A DNA stretch of 64,000 nt from Pseudomonadota bacterium (GCA_040385645.1 JAZKGZ010000016.1:36935-100934); one strand, 5' to 3'. Counted from the first letter of the stretch, positions 44,826-56,552 are shown. Translations and numbers: made by a program. The notes: generated by a model from the letters alone, not told the origin.

Positions 44826-46808
44826 TTACTGTGCTTCCTTCAGTTGCTCCAGAATCGCCGGGTTTTCCAGTGTGGAGATATCCTGCGTGATGGTTTCGCC
44901 CTTGGCCAGCACCCGTAGCAGGCGCCGCATGATCTTGCCGGAACGGGTTTTCGGCAGATTGTCGCCGAAGCGGATTTCCTTGGGCTTGGCGATCGGGCCA
45001 ATCTCTTTGGCTACCCAGTCGCGCAGTTCCTTGGCAAGCGCTTTTGCCTCCTCGCCTGTCGGCCGGCTGCGTTTGAGTACGACGAAGGCGCAGATCGATT
45101 CGCCCGTGGTGGCATCCGGCCGGCCGACGACAGCCGCTTCGGCGACCATCGGGTTGGCAACCAATGCCGATTCGATTTCCATGGTGCCCATTCGGTGACC
45201 GGAGACGTTGAGCACGTCGTCGATACGGCCGGTGATGGTGAAATAACCGGTGGACTCGTTACGAATCGCACCGTCGCCTGCCAGGTATAGCTTGCCACCT
45301 AGCTCACTGGGAAAGTAGCTTTTTTTAAAGCGCTCGGGGTCGTTCCAGATGGTACGGATCATCGACGGCCACGGGCGCTTGATCACCAGCAAACCACCCT
45401 GCCCGTTCGGTAATTCATTGCCGGATTCGTCGACGATCGCAGCAGCGATGCCGGGCAACGGCAGCGTGCACGAGCCAGGCACTAATGGCGTTGCACCCGG
45501 TAGTGGCGTGATCATGTGGCCACCGGTTTCGGTCTGCCAGAAGGTGTCGACGATCGGACAGTTTCCGCGGCCGATCTGTTGGTAGTACCACATCCAGGCC
45601 TCGGGATTGATCGGCTCGCCGACGGTGCCTAGCAGACGCAGGCTGGTCAGGTCGTAACGGTCCGGATGGATCGCCGGATCAGCGTCGGCCGCTTTGATCA
45701 GCGAGCGGATCGCCGTCGGTGCGGTGTAAAACACATTGACCTTGTGCTTGGCGATGGTTTGCCAAAACCTGCCACCGTTGGGATAGCTGGGCACGCCCTC
45801 GAAGATCACCTGGGTAGCGCCGACTGCAAGAGGCCCGTATGCGATGTAGGTATGGCCGGTGATCCAGCCGATGTCGGCGGTGCACCAATAAGTGTCCGTC
45901 GGCTTGATGTCGAACGACCACTTCATCGTCAGGGCAGCCCACAGTAGGTAGCCACCCGAACCGTGCTGTACGCCCTTGGGGGTGCCGGTCGAGCCGGAGG
46001 TGTAGAGAATAAACAGCGGATGCTCGGCACTGACCCATTCGGGGTCGCATTGGTCGCTCTGCTTGGCGACGAGCTCGTGCAGCCAGAGGTCGCGCTCTAC
46101 ATGAAAGGCGACGTCGTTGCCGGTACGCTGGTAGACCACTACGTTTTTGACGGCCTCGCAGCCACCCATCGCCAGTGCCTCGTCGACGATTGCTTTGAGT
46201 GGCAGTTGCTTGCCGCCACGCACCTGCTGATCGGCCGTGATGACGACGATGGCTCCAGCGTCGATGATGCGCTCCTGCAGCGACTTTGCCGAAAAGCCGC
46301 CGAACACAACGGAATGCGTCGCACCCAATCGTGCGCAGGCCTGCATGGCGACCACGCCTTCGATCGACATCGGCATATAGATCACGACCCGATCGCCTTT
46401 TTTTACGCCGAGCGATTTAAGCCCGTTGGCAAGCTGGCAAACCCGGCTGTGCAACGCCGCATAAGTCACGTGGGTGACGTCGCCGTTATCGGCTTCGAAA
46501 ATCAATGCAGTTTTGCCGGCATTACCATTGGCCAGATGCACATCGAGGCAATTATGGGAAACGTTCAGCAGCCCGTCTTCGAACCATTTATAAAAAGGCG
46601 CTTGCGATTCGTCCAGCACCTTAGTGAAAGGCTTGTGCCAAGAAAGCGTCTCGCGGGCAAGCTTCGACCAGAACGCATCGCTATCGTGCTCGGCCTCCGC
46701 GCACAACGCCCGGTAGGCATCCATGCCGGAGATGGCAGCGCTACCGGCAAAGCCGGCAGGCGGCTGAAAAATACGGGTTTCCGGCTTGATGGTTTCGATC
46801 TCGGCCAT
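44826..46808 (-). CDS. acs: Acetyl-CoA synthetase
   Basis: 660 aa. AMP-binding motif [12 protein letters not shown], and C-terminal [11 protein letters not shown]. Confidence 0.95.
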   Translation of the reverse strand: MAEIETIKPETRIFQPPAGFAGSAAISGMDAYRALCAEAEHDSDAFWSKLARETLSWHKPFTKVLDESQAPFYKWFEDGLLNVSHNCLDVHLANGNAGKTALIFEADNGDVTHVTYAALHSRVCQLANGLKSLGVKKGDRVVIYMPMSIEGVVAMQACARLGATHSVVFGGFSAKSLQERIIDAGAIVVITADQQVRGGKQLPLKAIVDEALAMGGCEAVKNVVVYQRTGNDVAFHVERDLWLHELVAKQSDQCDPEWVSAEHPLFILYTSGSTGTPKGVQHGSGGYLLWAALTMKWSFDIKPTDTYWCTADIGWITGHTYIAYGPLAVGATQVIFEGVPSYPNGGRFWQTIAKHKVNVFYTAPTAIRSLIKAADADPAIHPDRYDLTSLRLLGTVGEPINPEAWMWYYQQIGRGNCPIVDTFWQTETGGHMITPLPGATPLVPGSCTLPLPGIAAAIVDESGNELPNGQGGLLVIKRPWPSMIRTIWNDPERFKKSYFPSELGGKLYLAGDGAIRNESTGYFTITGRIDDVLNVSGHRMGTMEIESALVANPMVAEAAVVGRPDATTGESICAFVVLKRSRPTGEEAKALAKELRDWVAKEIGPIAKPKEIRFGDNLPKTRSGKIMRRLLRVLAKGETITQDISTLENPAILEQLKEAQ

Positions 46809-46984
46809 GCTTGTCTCCTGTTTTAATTGTGTGCTCGATCGATGGTGCTACGGCCGATTCTAGAGTAATTCAGGCTGGGGAGAAAGCAGTCGGCCGGCAC
46901 CGTTCGACACAGATCGGCCGGTGGCTTAGCCAATATACTGCCCGTGTAAAATATGACACCTTTCATCGTTCATCAATTTATTCA

Positions 46985-47671
46985 ATGAATTATTCTTCCA
47001 GCCCTGCCACCACCTCCGCTCATGCTCCGGCGCAAGCGATCAAAACCCTGCCACGGTTCGTGTTCATGGCCCGCTGGCTACAGTTGCCACTGTATTTAGG
47101 CCTGATCCTGGCACAGTGCGTCTATGTCTATCATTTTTATGTCGAATTGTCCGATCTGATCGGTGCAGCGTTCGGTAACGCCGCCTCTTTACAGCACATC
47201 CTGGATGCAGTCAGCATGGATGGAGCAGTCAGGCCTACCAGACTGACAGAGACCACCATCATGCTGGTGGTGCTGGGGCTGATCGACGTCGTCATGATTT
47301 CCAATCTGTTGATCATGGTGATCATCGGCGGCTATGAAACCTTCGTTTCGCGCATGCACCTGCAGAACCACCCGGATCAACCGGAATGGCTTTCTCACGT
47401 CAATGCATCGGTACTGAAAGTGAAGTTGGCGATGGCGATCATCGGCATTTCGTCGATCCACCTTTTAAAAACTTTTATCAACGCCAGTGCCTACGATGCA
47501 AAAACATTGATGGCGCAAACCGGCATCCACATCACGTTTCTGCTCTCTGCGGTCGCGATCGCTTACTGCGACCGTATCATGAGTGAAACACAGCATCGCA
47601 ATACACCCGGCCCGGCGAATCCGCCGAACCCTGCGAACGCCGCCGGTTCCACCGTTCCTTCTTCGCTTTAA
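46985..47671 (+). CDS. YqhA/UPF0114 family membrane protein
   Basis: [25 protein letters not shown] and following TM helices. Start trimmed to MNYSSSPA. Confidence 0.7.
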   Translation: MNYSSSPATTSAHAPAQAIKTLPRFVFMARWLQLPLYLGLILAQCVYVYHFYVELSDLIGAAFGNAASLQHILDAVSMDGAVRPTRLTETTIMLVVLGLIDVVMISNLLIMVIIGGYETFVSRMHLQNHPDQPEWLSHVNASVLKVKLAMAIIGISSIHLLKTFINASAYDAKTLMAQTGIHITFLLSAVAIAYCDRIMSETQHRNTPGPANPPNPANAAGSTVPSSL

Positions 47672-47723
47672 TTGCAAAAATAATTGCAAATTAACCGCAA
47701 AAATAACCGTTAAAAAGCCGACC

Positions 47724-49262
47724 ATGACCATCATCCAGCAGGAAGACCTGATCGAATCCGTTGCTGCAGCGCTGCAATACATCAGCTACTACCACCCGGC
47801 CGATTACATCACCCACCTGGCACGCGCCTACGAGATCGAGCAAAGCCCTGCAGCCAAGGATGCAATCGCCCAGATTCTGACCAATTCGCGTATGTGCGCC
47901 GAAGGCAAACGCCCGCTGTGCCAGGATACCGGCATCGTCAACGTGTTTTTGAAGATCGGCATGGACGTACGCTTCGAGGGGTTTGCTGGCTCGATTACCG
48001 ATGCGGTCAATGAAGGCGTGCGCCGGGGCTATAACCACCCGGACAACAAGCTGCGTGCCTCGATCGTGGCCGACCCTCAGTTCGCGCGTAAGAACACCGG
48101 CGACAACACGCCGGCAGTGGTGCACATGGAGCTGGTGCCGGGCAACACCGTGGATGTGCAAGTTGCAGCCAAGGGTGGCGGCTCCGAAAACAAGTCGAAG
48201 TTCGTCATGCTCAACCCGTCGGATTCGATCGTCGACTGGGTGATGAAAACGGTGCCGACCATGGGCGCCGGCTGGTGCCCCCCGGGCATGCTCGGCATCG
48301 GCATCGGTGGTACGGCGGAACGGGCGATGCTGATGGCTAAACAAGTGCTGATGGACGACATCGACATGTTCGAGCTAAAGCTGCGTGGGCCGCAAAACAA
48401 GACCGAGGAATTGCGCATCGAACTGTGCGACAAAATCAACGCACTCGGCATCGGTGCACAAGGGTTGGGTGGCCTGACAACGGTGCTGGATGTGAAGATC
48501 ATGATGCACCCGACGCATGCCGCGTCCAAGCCCGTAGCAATGATCCCGAACTGTGCCGCGACGCGCCACGCACACTTCGTGCTGGACGGCTCCGGTGCTG
48601 CCTACCTGACCCCGCCAGCTTTATCGACCTGGCCGGATGTGCAGTGGCGACCCGATACGGAGCGCTCGACCCAAGTTAATCTCGATACTTTAACCCGTGA
48701 GGAAGTCGCATCGTGGAAGCCAGGGCAGACGTTGCTGTTAAGCGGCAAGATGCTCACGGGGCGCGATGCCGCGCATAAGCGTATCCAAGACATGTTGGCA
48801 GCCGGCGAGCCGTTGCCGGTAGATTTTACCAACCGCGTTATTTATTACGTCGGGCCAGTGGACCCGGTGCGCGACGAAGCAGTCGGCCCAGCGGGCCCAA
48901 CCACGGCGACGCGTATGGATAAATTTACCGATCTGATGCTGGAAAAAACCGGGCTCATTTCCATGATCGGCAAGGCCGAGCGTGGGCCGATAGCAATCGA
49001 CGCTATCAGAAAACACCAATCGGCTTATCTCATGGCCGTAGGTGGCGCTGCCTACCTGGTATCGAAAGCGATCAAGACTGCGCGGGTGGTCGGCTTTGCC
49101 GATCTCGGCATGGAGGCGATCTATGAATTCGACGTTCAAGACATGCCGGTAACGGTAGCAGTCGATTCGAGCGGTGTCTCCGTTCATAACACCGGCCCCG
49201 CGCACTGGCGGGAACGCATCGCTGCAACGTCCTTGAGCCAGATTCCGGTGACGGCGATCTGA
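47724..49262 (+). CDS. Class I (Fe-S) fumarate hydratase
   Basis: Start trimmed to MTIIQQEDL. CQDTGIVNVF, GGGSENKS, and a fused beta-domain (GPTTATRMD). Confidence 0.9.
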   Translation: MTIIQQEDLIESVAAALQYISYYHPADYITHLARAYEIEQSPAAKDAIAQILTNSRMCAEGKRPLCQDTGIVNVFLKIGMDVRFEGFAGSITDAVNEGVRRGYNHPDNKLRASIVADPQFARKNTGDNTPAVVHMELVPGNTVDVQVAAKGGGSENKSKFVMLNPSDSIVDWVMKTVPTMGAGWCPPGMLGIGIGGTAERAMLMAKQVLMDDIDMFELKLRGPQNKTEELRIELCDKINALGIGAQGLGGLTTVLDVKIMMHPTHAASKPVAMIPNCAATRHAHFVLDGSGAAYLTPPALSTWPDVQWRPDTERSTQVNLDTLTREEVASWKPGQTLLLSGKMLTGRDAAHKRIQDMLAAGEPLPVDFTNRVIYYVGPVDPVRDEAVGPAGPTTATRMDKFTDLMLEKTGLISMIGKAERGPIAIDAIRKHQSAYLMAVGGAAYLVSKAIKTARVVGFADLGMEAIYEFDVQDMPVTVAVDSSGVSVHNTGPAHWRERIAATSLSQIPVTAI

Positions 49263-49332
49263 GCACAAGCCTAAGTACAGAGAACTTAAGCAGAGGCATT
49301 CAACAAGAAAATCCGACACATGAAATCCAGGT

Positions 49333-49361
49333 TTGCCAGCGGACGCAGGATTTCGTATAAT
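49333..49361 (+). promoter_or_regulatory. Sigma-70 promoter for tRNA-His
   Basis: TTGCCA-N17-TATAAT, about 60 nt upstream of the tRNA. Confidence 0.55.
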
Positions 49362-49421
49362 GCGCAGCTGTCCGATCAGTACCAACATTGGGTTTTAGTA
49401 TGTTGGTGATTCGGGCACAGT

Positions 49422-49498
49422 GGCGGCTGTAGCTCAGCTGGTAGAGTCCCAGATTGTGATTCTGGTTGTCGCGGGTTCGAGCCCCGTCGGTCGCCCCA
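49422..49498 (+). tRNA. tRNA-His (anticodon GTG) with G-1
   Basis: GGCGGCTGTAGCTCAGCTGGTAGAGTCCCAGATTGTGATTCTGGTTGTCGCGGGTTCGAGCCCCGTCGGTCGCCCCA preceded by the extra G. Anticodon stem CCAGA/TCTGG, loop TTGTGAT, encoded CCA. Confidence 0.93.
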
Positions 49499-49598
49499 CT
49501 GATTTTGCATCGATCGATGCACCGGGTATCGAAGCCTGGAAGCTTGGAAGCATCAGAGCAATACTTCAATGTCGTAATAATTTAATGCCGTAACAACA

Positions 49599-49654
49599 GC
49601 GGGCCGGTAAAACATTTCATTTTTAGGAAATGTTTTACCGGCCCGCTTGTTTTT
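49599..49654. terminator. Strong terminator hairpin between tRNA-His and the convergent BON gene
   Basis: 20-bp perfect stem GCGGGCCGGTAAAACATTTC / GAAATGTTTTACCGGCCCGC with an 8-nt loop, followed by TTGTTTTT. Confidence 0.7.
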
Positions 49655-49692
49655 AAAACGTCTATCTAAAGACGTTTATATTTTGAGAACGC

Positions 49693-50229
49693 TTACTTGG
49701 GTGCTGCGGCAAGCTTGTTGTCAACGCTCTTTACGCCTTCTAAGGCTTGAGCAATTTTCGCAGCATGATCTTTTTGCGCATCATTGACCACTGACCCGGT
49801 TAATGCAACCGTGCCATTCTTTGTGTCGACAGAAATGTTGCTGTCCTTTAAGGTTGTGTCAGCAAGGATGGCTGTCTTGAGTTTTGCTGTAATTACACTG
49901 TCTTCCACCACAGTGCCGACGGAGTTAGCAGCGCTAGCAACTGCTGCACCGGTAGAGGTCGCCGCCTCTGTAGTGGCCGCTCCCATCGTCGTATCCGGCA
50001 TACCTGCCGTTGAGCCACCTGGCGCCATCGACGACGATGGCGGCGTTGATGCTGCGGGGTCTGTCCCTGGGGTGGTGGCAGTACTCGGGGCAGTGCTCGA
50101 GCTAGTGCTCGAGTCAGTACCAGCAGTACCCGACGTTTGATCTGCCGGACGCTTTTCACAGCCGCTGACGACAATGCTCAGTACGGCGGTAGCCAAAACG
50201 ATTTTCGATGTGTCCAATAATGTTTTCAT
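49693..50229 (-). CDS. BON-domain lipoprotein (OsmY-like)
   Basis: MKTLLDTSKIVLATAVLSIVVSGC lipobox, Ser/Thr/Ala/Pro-rich linker, and BON block ITAKLKTAILADTTLKDSNISVDTKNGTVALTGSV. Confidence 0.7.
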   Translation of the reverse strand: MKTLLDTSKIVLATAVLSIVVSGCEKRPADQTSGTAGTDSSTSSSTAPSTATTPGTDPAASTPPSSSMAPGGSTAGMPDTTMGAATTEAATSTGAAVASAANSVGTVVEDSVITAKLKTAILADTTLKDSNISVDTKNGTVALTGSVVNDAQKDHAAKIAQALEGVKSVDNKLAAAPK

Positions 50230-50392
50230 AGGTGTTCTCCTGTAAGTAAATACCTTAGTCAATGTCAAGGCCACATGCTATTGAATGCTTTTGCCGGTAT
50301 TAGTTGCAATTTTCATCAGAAAAATTTTGGAAAAGCTGTTTTACGCTGTTGTCATAGAAAGTAGAGAATCAAGCTAGGCACTGAGCAGAGCA

Positions 50393-51376
50393 TCAAATTG
50401 TGGGGTTTTGCACACTTTTCAACGCGCGTAGCAACAGATCAGGGTCGTTTTTTGCTAACGCCGCCGAATCCGACAATGCCTGACGGAAAGCGCGTGCATG
50501 CGGTATGCCGAACATCAGGCCTAACATGTGCCTTGTGATGTTATTTAGTCGCAAATTCGATGCAAGCTGAGATTTAATATAAGGCAACATTGCGTGAATG
50601 ATTTCGCTACGAGAATTCGCTAGCGGCATCGCACCATAGTATCTAGCGTCGAAATCGGCCATGAGATAAGGATTTTGGTAAGCCTCCCGGCCGAGCATTA
50701 CGCCGTCTACATGCGCCAAATGTCGATCAATCTCGGCCACCGTTTTAATGCCACCATTGACGATAATTTCCAGCGCAGGAAAATCGCGTTTTAAGCGATA
50801 AGCATCGTCATACCGCAATGGTGGCACTTCCCGATTTTCCTTCGGGCTCAGCCCTTTCAGGATGGCATTGCGGGCATGGACGATGAACGTGAGGCATCCT
50901 GCATCGGCAACGGTTCCCACAAAATCTCGCAGAAATTCGTAAGATTCGCTATCGTTCAAGCCGATCCGATGCTTGACCGTGACATCGATCGAGACCGCGT
51001 CGCGCATCGCCTTGACGCAGTCGGCAACGAGTTGTGGCTCAGCCATCAGACACGCTCCGAACGCGCCCTTTTGTACCCGCTCCGATGGGCAGCCGCAATT
51101 AAGATTGATTTCGTCATACCCCCACTGCTGCCCAAGCTTCGCGCTAGCCGCCAGATCGGCAGGCTCGCTACCGCCTAGCTGCAACGCCACTGGGTGTTCT
51201 TCCGTGTTGAAGTCCAGGTGACGTGCGACGTCCCCGTGCAGTAAGGCACCGGTCGTAACCATTTCAGTGTAAAGCCAGGTATGGCGTGTGATTTGACGGT
51301 GAAACATCCGGCAATGCCGGTCGGTCCAATCCATCATTGGAGCGATGCAAATACGGCGTCCGGCAAGATTCGTCAT
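50393..51376 (-). CDS. dusA: tRNA dihydrouridine(20/20a) synthase
   Basis: ICIAPMMDWTDRHCRMFHR, INLNCGCPS. Confidence 0.9.
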   Translation of the reverse strand: MTNLAGRRICIAPMMDWTDRHCRMFHRQITRHTWLYTEMVTTGALLHGDVARHLDFNTEEHPVALQLGGSEPADLAASAKLGQQWGYDEINLNCGCPSERVQKGAFGACLMAEPQLVADCVKAMRDAVSIDVTVKHRIGLNDSESYEFLRDFVGTVADAGCLTFIVHARNAILKGLSPKENREVPPLRYDDAYRLKRDFPALEIIVNGGIKTVAEIDRHLAHVDGVMLGREAYQNPYLMADFDARYYGAMPLANSRSEIIHAMLPYIKSQLASNLRLNNITRHMLGLMFGIPHARAFRQALSDSAALAKNDPDLLLRALKSVQNPTI

Positions 51377-51605
51377 AGCAGCTGGGTAATAGACTATTTA
51401 TACACAACGCAAGATTGTAATGAAAGTCAATATACAGCCGCTTTTTTTGTAATGAATGGGGAGGGGTAACAAGCTGAGAGAATGCTTTGACCGGTCCTCG
51501 TTTGGGGTGAGGCAACAGCGAAATACGCAAGACATTTACAACTTGTCAATGCAACGCAGCGCTGATACAAAGCATTACTTCCAGCTACGTTGCCAGCAAA
51601 AATTG

Positions 51606-52745
51606 CTAGATCTGCGACTCGATCGAAACATTACCACCCTGGCCTGGCTCGATGATCGATGGATCCTTGATCGCTTTTTGTACGTTGGCATAAGCCGACA
51701 TCACACCCTCGTAATACCCGGCATAGCCATGTGCAAAGCCTTTTTCGCTCGGATCGAGATTACCGGTGTTGTAGGCGTTGAGACCACGTTTCAGGTCACC
51801 GTCGGCGCGGTTGATGTAATCCTTCATCACGAAGGCGCCGGTGAAGAGATTGGTCGCAGCGTTCGCGGTTGTAGGCCACACGCCAGGGGCGGTCTGGATC
51901 GGGTTAATGTTATTTGGTACGAGCACACGACTGTGAAGATTGTCGCCTGTCTCGACCTGGGCATCGGCATATAGCAACACCGGGTCGATGCCTGTCGCTT
52001 TACCCGCAGCTTCGAACATTTTTCCGTATGGAAGGTCTTTCAACTTCCCTTCGCCTTTTTGGGAAGGATCGGTCAGCAGTGAAGGATCGATGTCTTTAAT
52101 GACGGCATTGATGTCTGCCAGGGTGGTAGGCGCTTCGCTTAATTCTCCGCCATTTTGCGGCACAGGACGCAGTTCGTGCGTTCCTTTAGTCACCATTCCC
52201 TTGGTATTGGCACCACCACTTACATTGCTGTAGCCAGGGTCGACCGAACTAGGCGTCTGAGCAGAAGCTAATTTCGCAACCGAACCTTCGAATTTGGAAG
52301 ATCCACTTAGTGGGTCGGCCTTACCGCCAGCCTCTGGCAGCGCATCTGATTGTGAAGAACGATGTTGCGATGAACTATCGGCAGCCGCGGCGCTATCGGA
52401 GGCACCAGGCGCAGGTTCGCCATGTTCTTTCGCCTCACGCTCCTGCTGCTCTTGCCGGGCTTTCTTATGCCCCTCAGCTTCCCGCTTTTCCTGTTCATTA
52501 CGGGCCAGCTCGTGTCCTTTTGCTTCCCTTATCTGCTGCGCTTCCCGGGTTTCATTGGCGGGAATAGCTTCAGACTGCTGACCATTTGCGCCCTCTTTCT
52601 TATTTCCTACTCCTAACTGTTCCTTTAGCTGCCCGATCATTGCTTTTAAACCATCGATCGCTTTGGAATGATCCGCTGGCTTTTGCGCTTCGACCCCATG
52701 AGATATGGCACTTTGCGCGCTGCTTACAGGAGATATGCTGGACAT
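51606..52745 (-). CDS. Lytic transglycosylase (SLT) domain protein with a Ser-rich N-terminus and charged repeats
   Basis: C-terminal AQVETG, NPIQT and AYNTGN match the E-S/GLMQ/AYNAG blocks of family 1 lytic transglycosylases. The N-terminal 200 aa are low complexity (REAKGHELARNEQEKREAEGHKKARQEQQEREAKEH). No Sec signal peptide. Confidence 0.65.
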   Translation of the reverse strand: MSSISPVSSAQSAISHGVEAQKPADHSKAIDGLKAMIGQLKEQLGVGNKKEGANGQQSEAIPANETREAQQIREAKGHELARNEQEKREAEGHKKARQEQQEREAKEHGEPAPGASDSAAAADSSSQHRSSQSDALPEAGGKADPLSGSSKFEGSVAKLASAQTPSSVDPGYSNVSGGANTKGMVTKGTHELRPVPQNGGELSEAPTTLADINAVIKDIDPSLLTDPSQKGEGKLKDLPYGKMFEAAGKATGIDPVLLYADAQVETGDNLHSRVLVPNNINPIQTAPGVWPTTANAATNLFTGAFVMKDYINRADGDLKRGLNAYNTGNLDPSEKGFAHGYAGYYEGVMSAYANVQKAIKDPSIIEPGQGGNVSIESQI

Positions 52746-53029
52746 CGGTCGCTTTCGTCGAGGAGCGCGTTAATTAGCTACCAAACCAAATCTGTGAGAT
52801 CGACAATCTTATTGGTAACTAGCAAGGTGAGTAAAGTGTAGAAGCAGAAAGGGGGCATTGATAGACAGAATACGAATCGGCGCGCTCAATACCGAAGGTA
52901 GATTGGAATTGCCGCTCGACAATCTTGATATTTTCGATAACCGGACGGTTTTTAACCGGAAACGGGAGCGCCGGGCAAAAAAATCGCACCAAACGGTGCG
53001 ATTTTTACTATAGAAGTTCGAACAACGAA

Positions 53030-54865
53030 CTACGCCGCATCGCGCGATGCTTTTTTGCGTTCGTGTTCTTTCAAAAACCGTTTGCGCAGCCGAATACTCT
53101 TCGGCGTGATTTCCACCAACTCGTCGTCGTCGATGAATTCGACGGCATATTCCAGCGACATTTGCACCGGCGGCACCAAACGTACCGCTTCGTCTGTGCC
53201 GGAAGAGCGCACGTTGGTGAGTTGCTTACCCTTGATCGGATTGACGACCAGATCATTGTCGCGGGAATGGATGCCGATGATCATGCCTTCGTACACCGGA
53301 TCGTTGTGTACAACGAACATACGACCACGGTCTTGCAGTTTCCAGATTGCGTAGGCGACTGCTGCGCCGTCATCTTGGGAAATCAGCACGCCATTACGAC
53401 GGGCAGCCATCTCACCCTTGCTATTGTCGACCGGTGCATATTCATCAAAAATATGGCTCATCAGGCCAGTGCCGCGTGTAAGCGTCATGAACTCGCCCTG
53501 AAAACCGATCAGGCCACGCGCCGGGATGCGATATTCCAGGCGGACTCTACCCTTGCCATCGGATTCCATGTTTTGCAGATCGCCACGACGCCGGCCGAGC
53601 TCCTCCATCACGCCGCCTTGGTTGACTTCTTCCACATCCACCGATAGCAACTCAAACGGCTCGTGGCGTACGCCATCGACCATCTTGAACACCACCCGAG
53701 GACGCGACACAGCCAACTCGAAACCTTCGCGACGCATGTTTTCGATCAGAATCGTCAGGTGCAGCTCGCCGCGGCCGGACACCTCGAAAATCGTGTCGTC
53801 GTCGGTCGGTGCCACGCGCAGGGCGACATTGGCCTTCAGTTCCCGATCCAGGCGCTCGCGCAACTGGCGGCTGGTGACGAACTTGCCTTCCCGACCGGCC
53901 AGCGGGGAATTGTTGACCATGAAATTCATTGTCAGGGTTGGCTCGTCGACGGTCAGCATCGGCAATGCATCCGGCATTTCCGGTGCGCAAACCGTGGTGC
54001 CGATGCCCAGATCCTCGATCCCGTTGATGAGCACGATGTCGCCGGCAACCGCCTCATCGACCAGAACCCTATCCAGGCCTTTGAAATTGAGTACCTGATT
54101 AATCCGTGCCCTGACCGGCGTCGAATCCGGGCCATTCATGATGATGACGTCCTGCAGGCCGCGCACGCGCCCGCGGGTGATACGGCCGATGCCGATTTTG
54201 CCGACATAGGAGGAATAATCGAGCGAAGAAATCTGTAGTTGAAGCGGGCCGTCCTGGTCGTCCTCCCGGGCGGGAACGTGTTCCAGGATTGCGTCGAACA
54301 ACGGCTTCATGTCGCCTTCGCGTACGTTGGCGTCGAGGCTGGAGTAGCCATTCAGCGCAGACGCATATACCACCGGAAAATCCAGTTGTTCTTCGGTGGC
54401 ACCGAGTTTGTCGAACAGTTCGAAGGTGGCATTAATCGCCCATTCTGCACGCGCACCCGGACGATCGATCTTATTGACCACGACGATCGGCTTCAGGCCC
54501 AGCGCCAGCGCCTTGCGGGTCACGAAGCGGGTCTGCGGCATCGGCCCTTCCTGCGCATCGACTAGCAGCAATACGCTATCGACCATCGACAGCACCCGCT
54601 CGACCTCGCCACCGAAATCGGCATGGCCTGGGGTATCGACGATATTGATGTGAGTACCTTCGTATTCGACCGCGCAGTTTTTCGACAGAATCGTGATGCC
54701 GCGTTCTTTTTCCAGATCGTTCGAATCCATGACGCGCGCATCGACTTGCTGGTTGTCGCGGAAGGTGCCGGACTGACGCAGCAGCTTATCGACAAGGGTG
54801 GTTTTGCCGTGATCGACGTGGGCAATGATGGCGATGTTACGGATGGCGCGTTTTGGATTTGACAT
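53030..54865 (-). CDS. typA: Translational GTPase TypA/BipA
   Basis: [38 protein letters not shown]. Confidence 0.95.
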   Translation of the reverse strand: MSNPKRAIRNIAIIAHVDHGKTTLVDKLLRQSGTFRDNQQVDARVMDSNDLEKERGITILSKNCAVEYEGTHINIVDTPGHADFGGEVERVLSMVDSVLLLVDAQEGPMPQTRFVTRKALALGLKPIVVVNKIDRPGARAEWAINATFELFDKLGATEEQLDFPVVYASALNGYSSLDANVREGDMKPLFDAILEHVPAREDDQDGPLQLQISSLDYSSYVGKIGIGRITRGRVRGLQDVIIMNGPDSTPVRARINQVLNFKGLDRVLVDEAVAGDIVLINGIEDLGIGTTVCAPEMPDALPMLTVDEPTLTMNFMVNNSPLAGREGKFVTSRQLRERLDRELKANVALRVAPTDDDTIFEVSGRGELHLTILIENMRREGFELAVSRPRVVFKMVDGVRHEPFELLSVDVEEVNQGGVMEELGRRRGDLQNMESDGKGRVRLEYRIPARGLIGFQGEFMTLTRGTGLMSHIFDEYAPVDNSKGEMAARRNGVLISQDDGAAVAYAIWKLQDRGRMFVVHNDPVYEGMIIGIHSRDNDLVVNPIKGKQLTNVRSSGTDEAVRLVPPVQMSLEYAVEFIDDDELVEITPKSIRLRKRFLKEHERKKASRDAA

Positions 54866-55166
54866 GATCTTGGGTACAGTAAAAGTGCGGGTGGTGCTGC
54901 AAATAAGAGTGCGTGGACGGGAACACGATGGCAGTGGCTCAGTCCATCATGTAACCCGTGATCATAACATGGTGCAATGCATTATCTTTTAAAGTCTTGT
55001 GCATTTTCAACGGGTTGCCGGATCTGATCTACAAAAGTGTTCGGATCTGGAGAACTGGTTCAATTCCGGTATTCCATACTAAGATATATCGCAATCTTTT
55101 GATTTTTTCGATATTACCTTCTAGGTGGGATGCCATAATCACCACTCAATTTTTGGGAGAAATTCA

Positions 55167-55532
55167 ATGGGTAGCTGTATGTCGTCACAATCTATAGTGG
55201 GTACTCGAGTACCGGTTGTCAAAGAACATTTGTCTGATGCAAACGGCTCAGGCCACTTTTATTTCGGCCCAGATAAAATTAGTGCCACCTACGCATTGAA
55301 GCAACCATCTTCACCAGACGCTCACGCCAAACTAGCTAAACTCGAGCGAGAACTGTTCAAAGTCGCTTGCGAGAACAAAAAATTGGACTTTAAACCGCGA
55401 GAAAACATCCAGAAACATTTTCTTCAACACAACACGATAGCTGATCACGGTCGAATTCCTACGCCTCCACCCCGGATCACAATGAATGATTTTTATCAAT
55501 ACAATATCAACAAAGGCAACGCACGCGTCTGA
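55167..55532 (+). CDS. Hypothetical small protein (121 aa) with an MGxCxS N-terminus
   Basis: GGGAGA SD 7 nt upstream of the ATG. The protein starts MGSCMSSQSIVG. It lies in an AT-rich spacer between typA and truB. Confidence 0.5.
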   Translation: MGSCMSSQSIVGTRVPVVKEHLSDANGSGHFYFGPDKISATYALKQPSSPDAHAKLAKLERELFKVACENKKLDFKPRENIQKHFLQHNTIADHGRIPTPPPRITMNDFYQYNINKGNARV

Positions 55533-55550
55533 TCTACATCGCTATTATTT

Positions 55551-56552
55551 CTAAGATGAAATAATCAATCGCTCCGGGGCTAGCACTGAAAAAGGCTGCA
55601 TCTGCCCCGTACCGAGTAATTGCCAATCGCTGGCGCGATAAACCCGCAAACGGGTTGCTCCTTCTACAGCCGGGATATCTTCTTTGCCAAGTGACAAACG
55701 CTGGCCGTGCAGGAATCGCTGCGACAAATTATCGCTTAATCCAATAGCCGGGACCGATTGCAACAGTGCGTCCACCGGTGCCAGGTATGCCGTCCGTGTG
55801 AACTCGTCGGCTGCTGCCAATTGTTCGAGCGTCATTGCGCTGGCAAGTGAAAGATTGCCGACATGGGTGCGGCGCAAGGCTTGGAGGTGTCCGCCGCAGC
55901 CGAGTGCCGCACCGATATCTTCACCTAGTACGCGAATGTAAGTGCCCTTGCTGCAGGTAACGCGTAGCTGCAGCAAAGGCGACTCGTAATTGACCAGCTC
56001 CAAGGTATGAATCGTCAATGCCCGCGCTTCACGTTCCAGCGTAATTCCGGCACGAGCGTATTCATAAAGTGGTTTTCCATCGCGTTTCAATGCCGAATGC
56101 ATCGGGGGCGTCTGCAGGATCGGACCACGAAAGGCAGCAAGTGTGGCCTCGATCTGCATCAAACTTATCTCGACCGGCGCAGTACGCACTACAGTACCTT
56201 CGGTATCGCCCGTAGTGGTGGTAACACCCAGATGCACGATGGTCTCGTAGGTCTTATCGGCTTCAAGCAGGTCTTGCGCGAATTTGGTGGCTTCGCCGAA
56301 ACATAGCGGCAGGAGCCCTGTAGCGAAGGGGTCTAGCGTGCCGGTATGACCGGCTTTTTCAGCGTTGAGGAGGCGCTTTGCTTTGATCAAAGCGTCGTTG
56401 CTGGAGTGCCCCGCTGCCTTGTCCAACAGTAAGACACCATGTACCGCAACCCGCCGTTTCTTTGCGGCGGGCTCTGCTGCAAGTGTGGTAGATGCAGACG
56501 CGCCCACAACCGTTTCTTCAGGCTTGATCGTCATCCCTGGCGCGGGTCGCAT
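55551..56552 (-). CDS. truB: tRNA pseudouridine(55) synthase
   Basis: [30 protein letters not shown]. The start is uncertain (56552 or 56534). Confidence 0.9.
   Translation of the reverse strand: MRPAPGMTIKPEETVVGASASTTLAAEPAAKKRRVAVHGVLLLDKAAGHSSNDALIKAKRLLNAEKAGHTGTLDPFATGLLPLCFGEATKFAQDLLEADKTYETIVHLGVTTTTGDTEGTVVRTAPVEISLMQIEATLAAFRGPILQTPPMHSALKRDGKPLYEYARAGITLEREARALTIHTLELVNYESPLLQLRVTCSKGTYIRVLGEDIGAALGCGGHLQALRRTHVGNLSLASAMTLEQLAAADEFTRTAYLAPVDALLQSVPAIGLSDNLSQRFLHGQRLSLGKEDIPAVEGATRLRVYRASDWQLLGTGQMQPFSVLAPERLIISS

Noticed and set aside
49300-49569. 89-aa minus-strand ORF
   Set aside because: It overlaps tRNA-His on the opposite strand.
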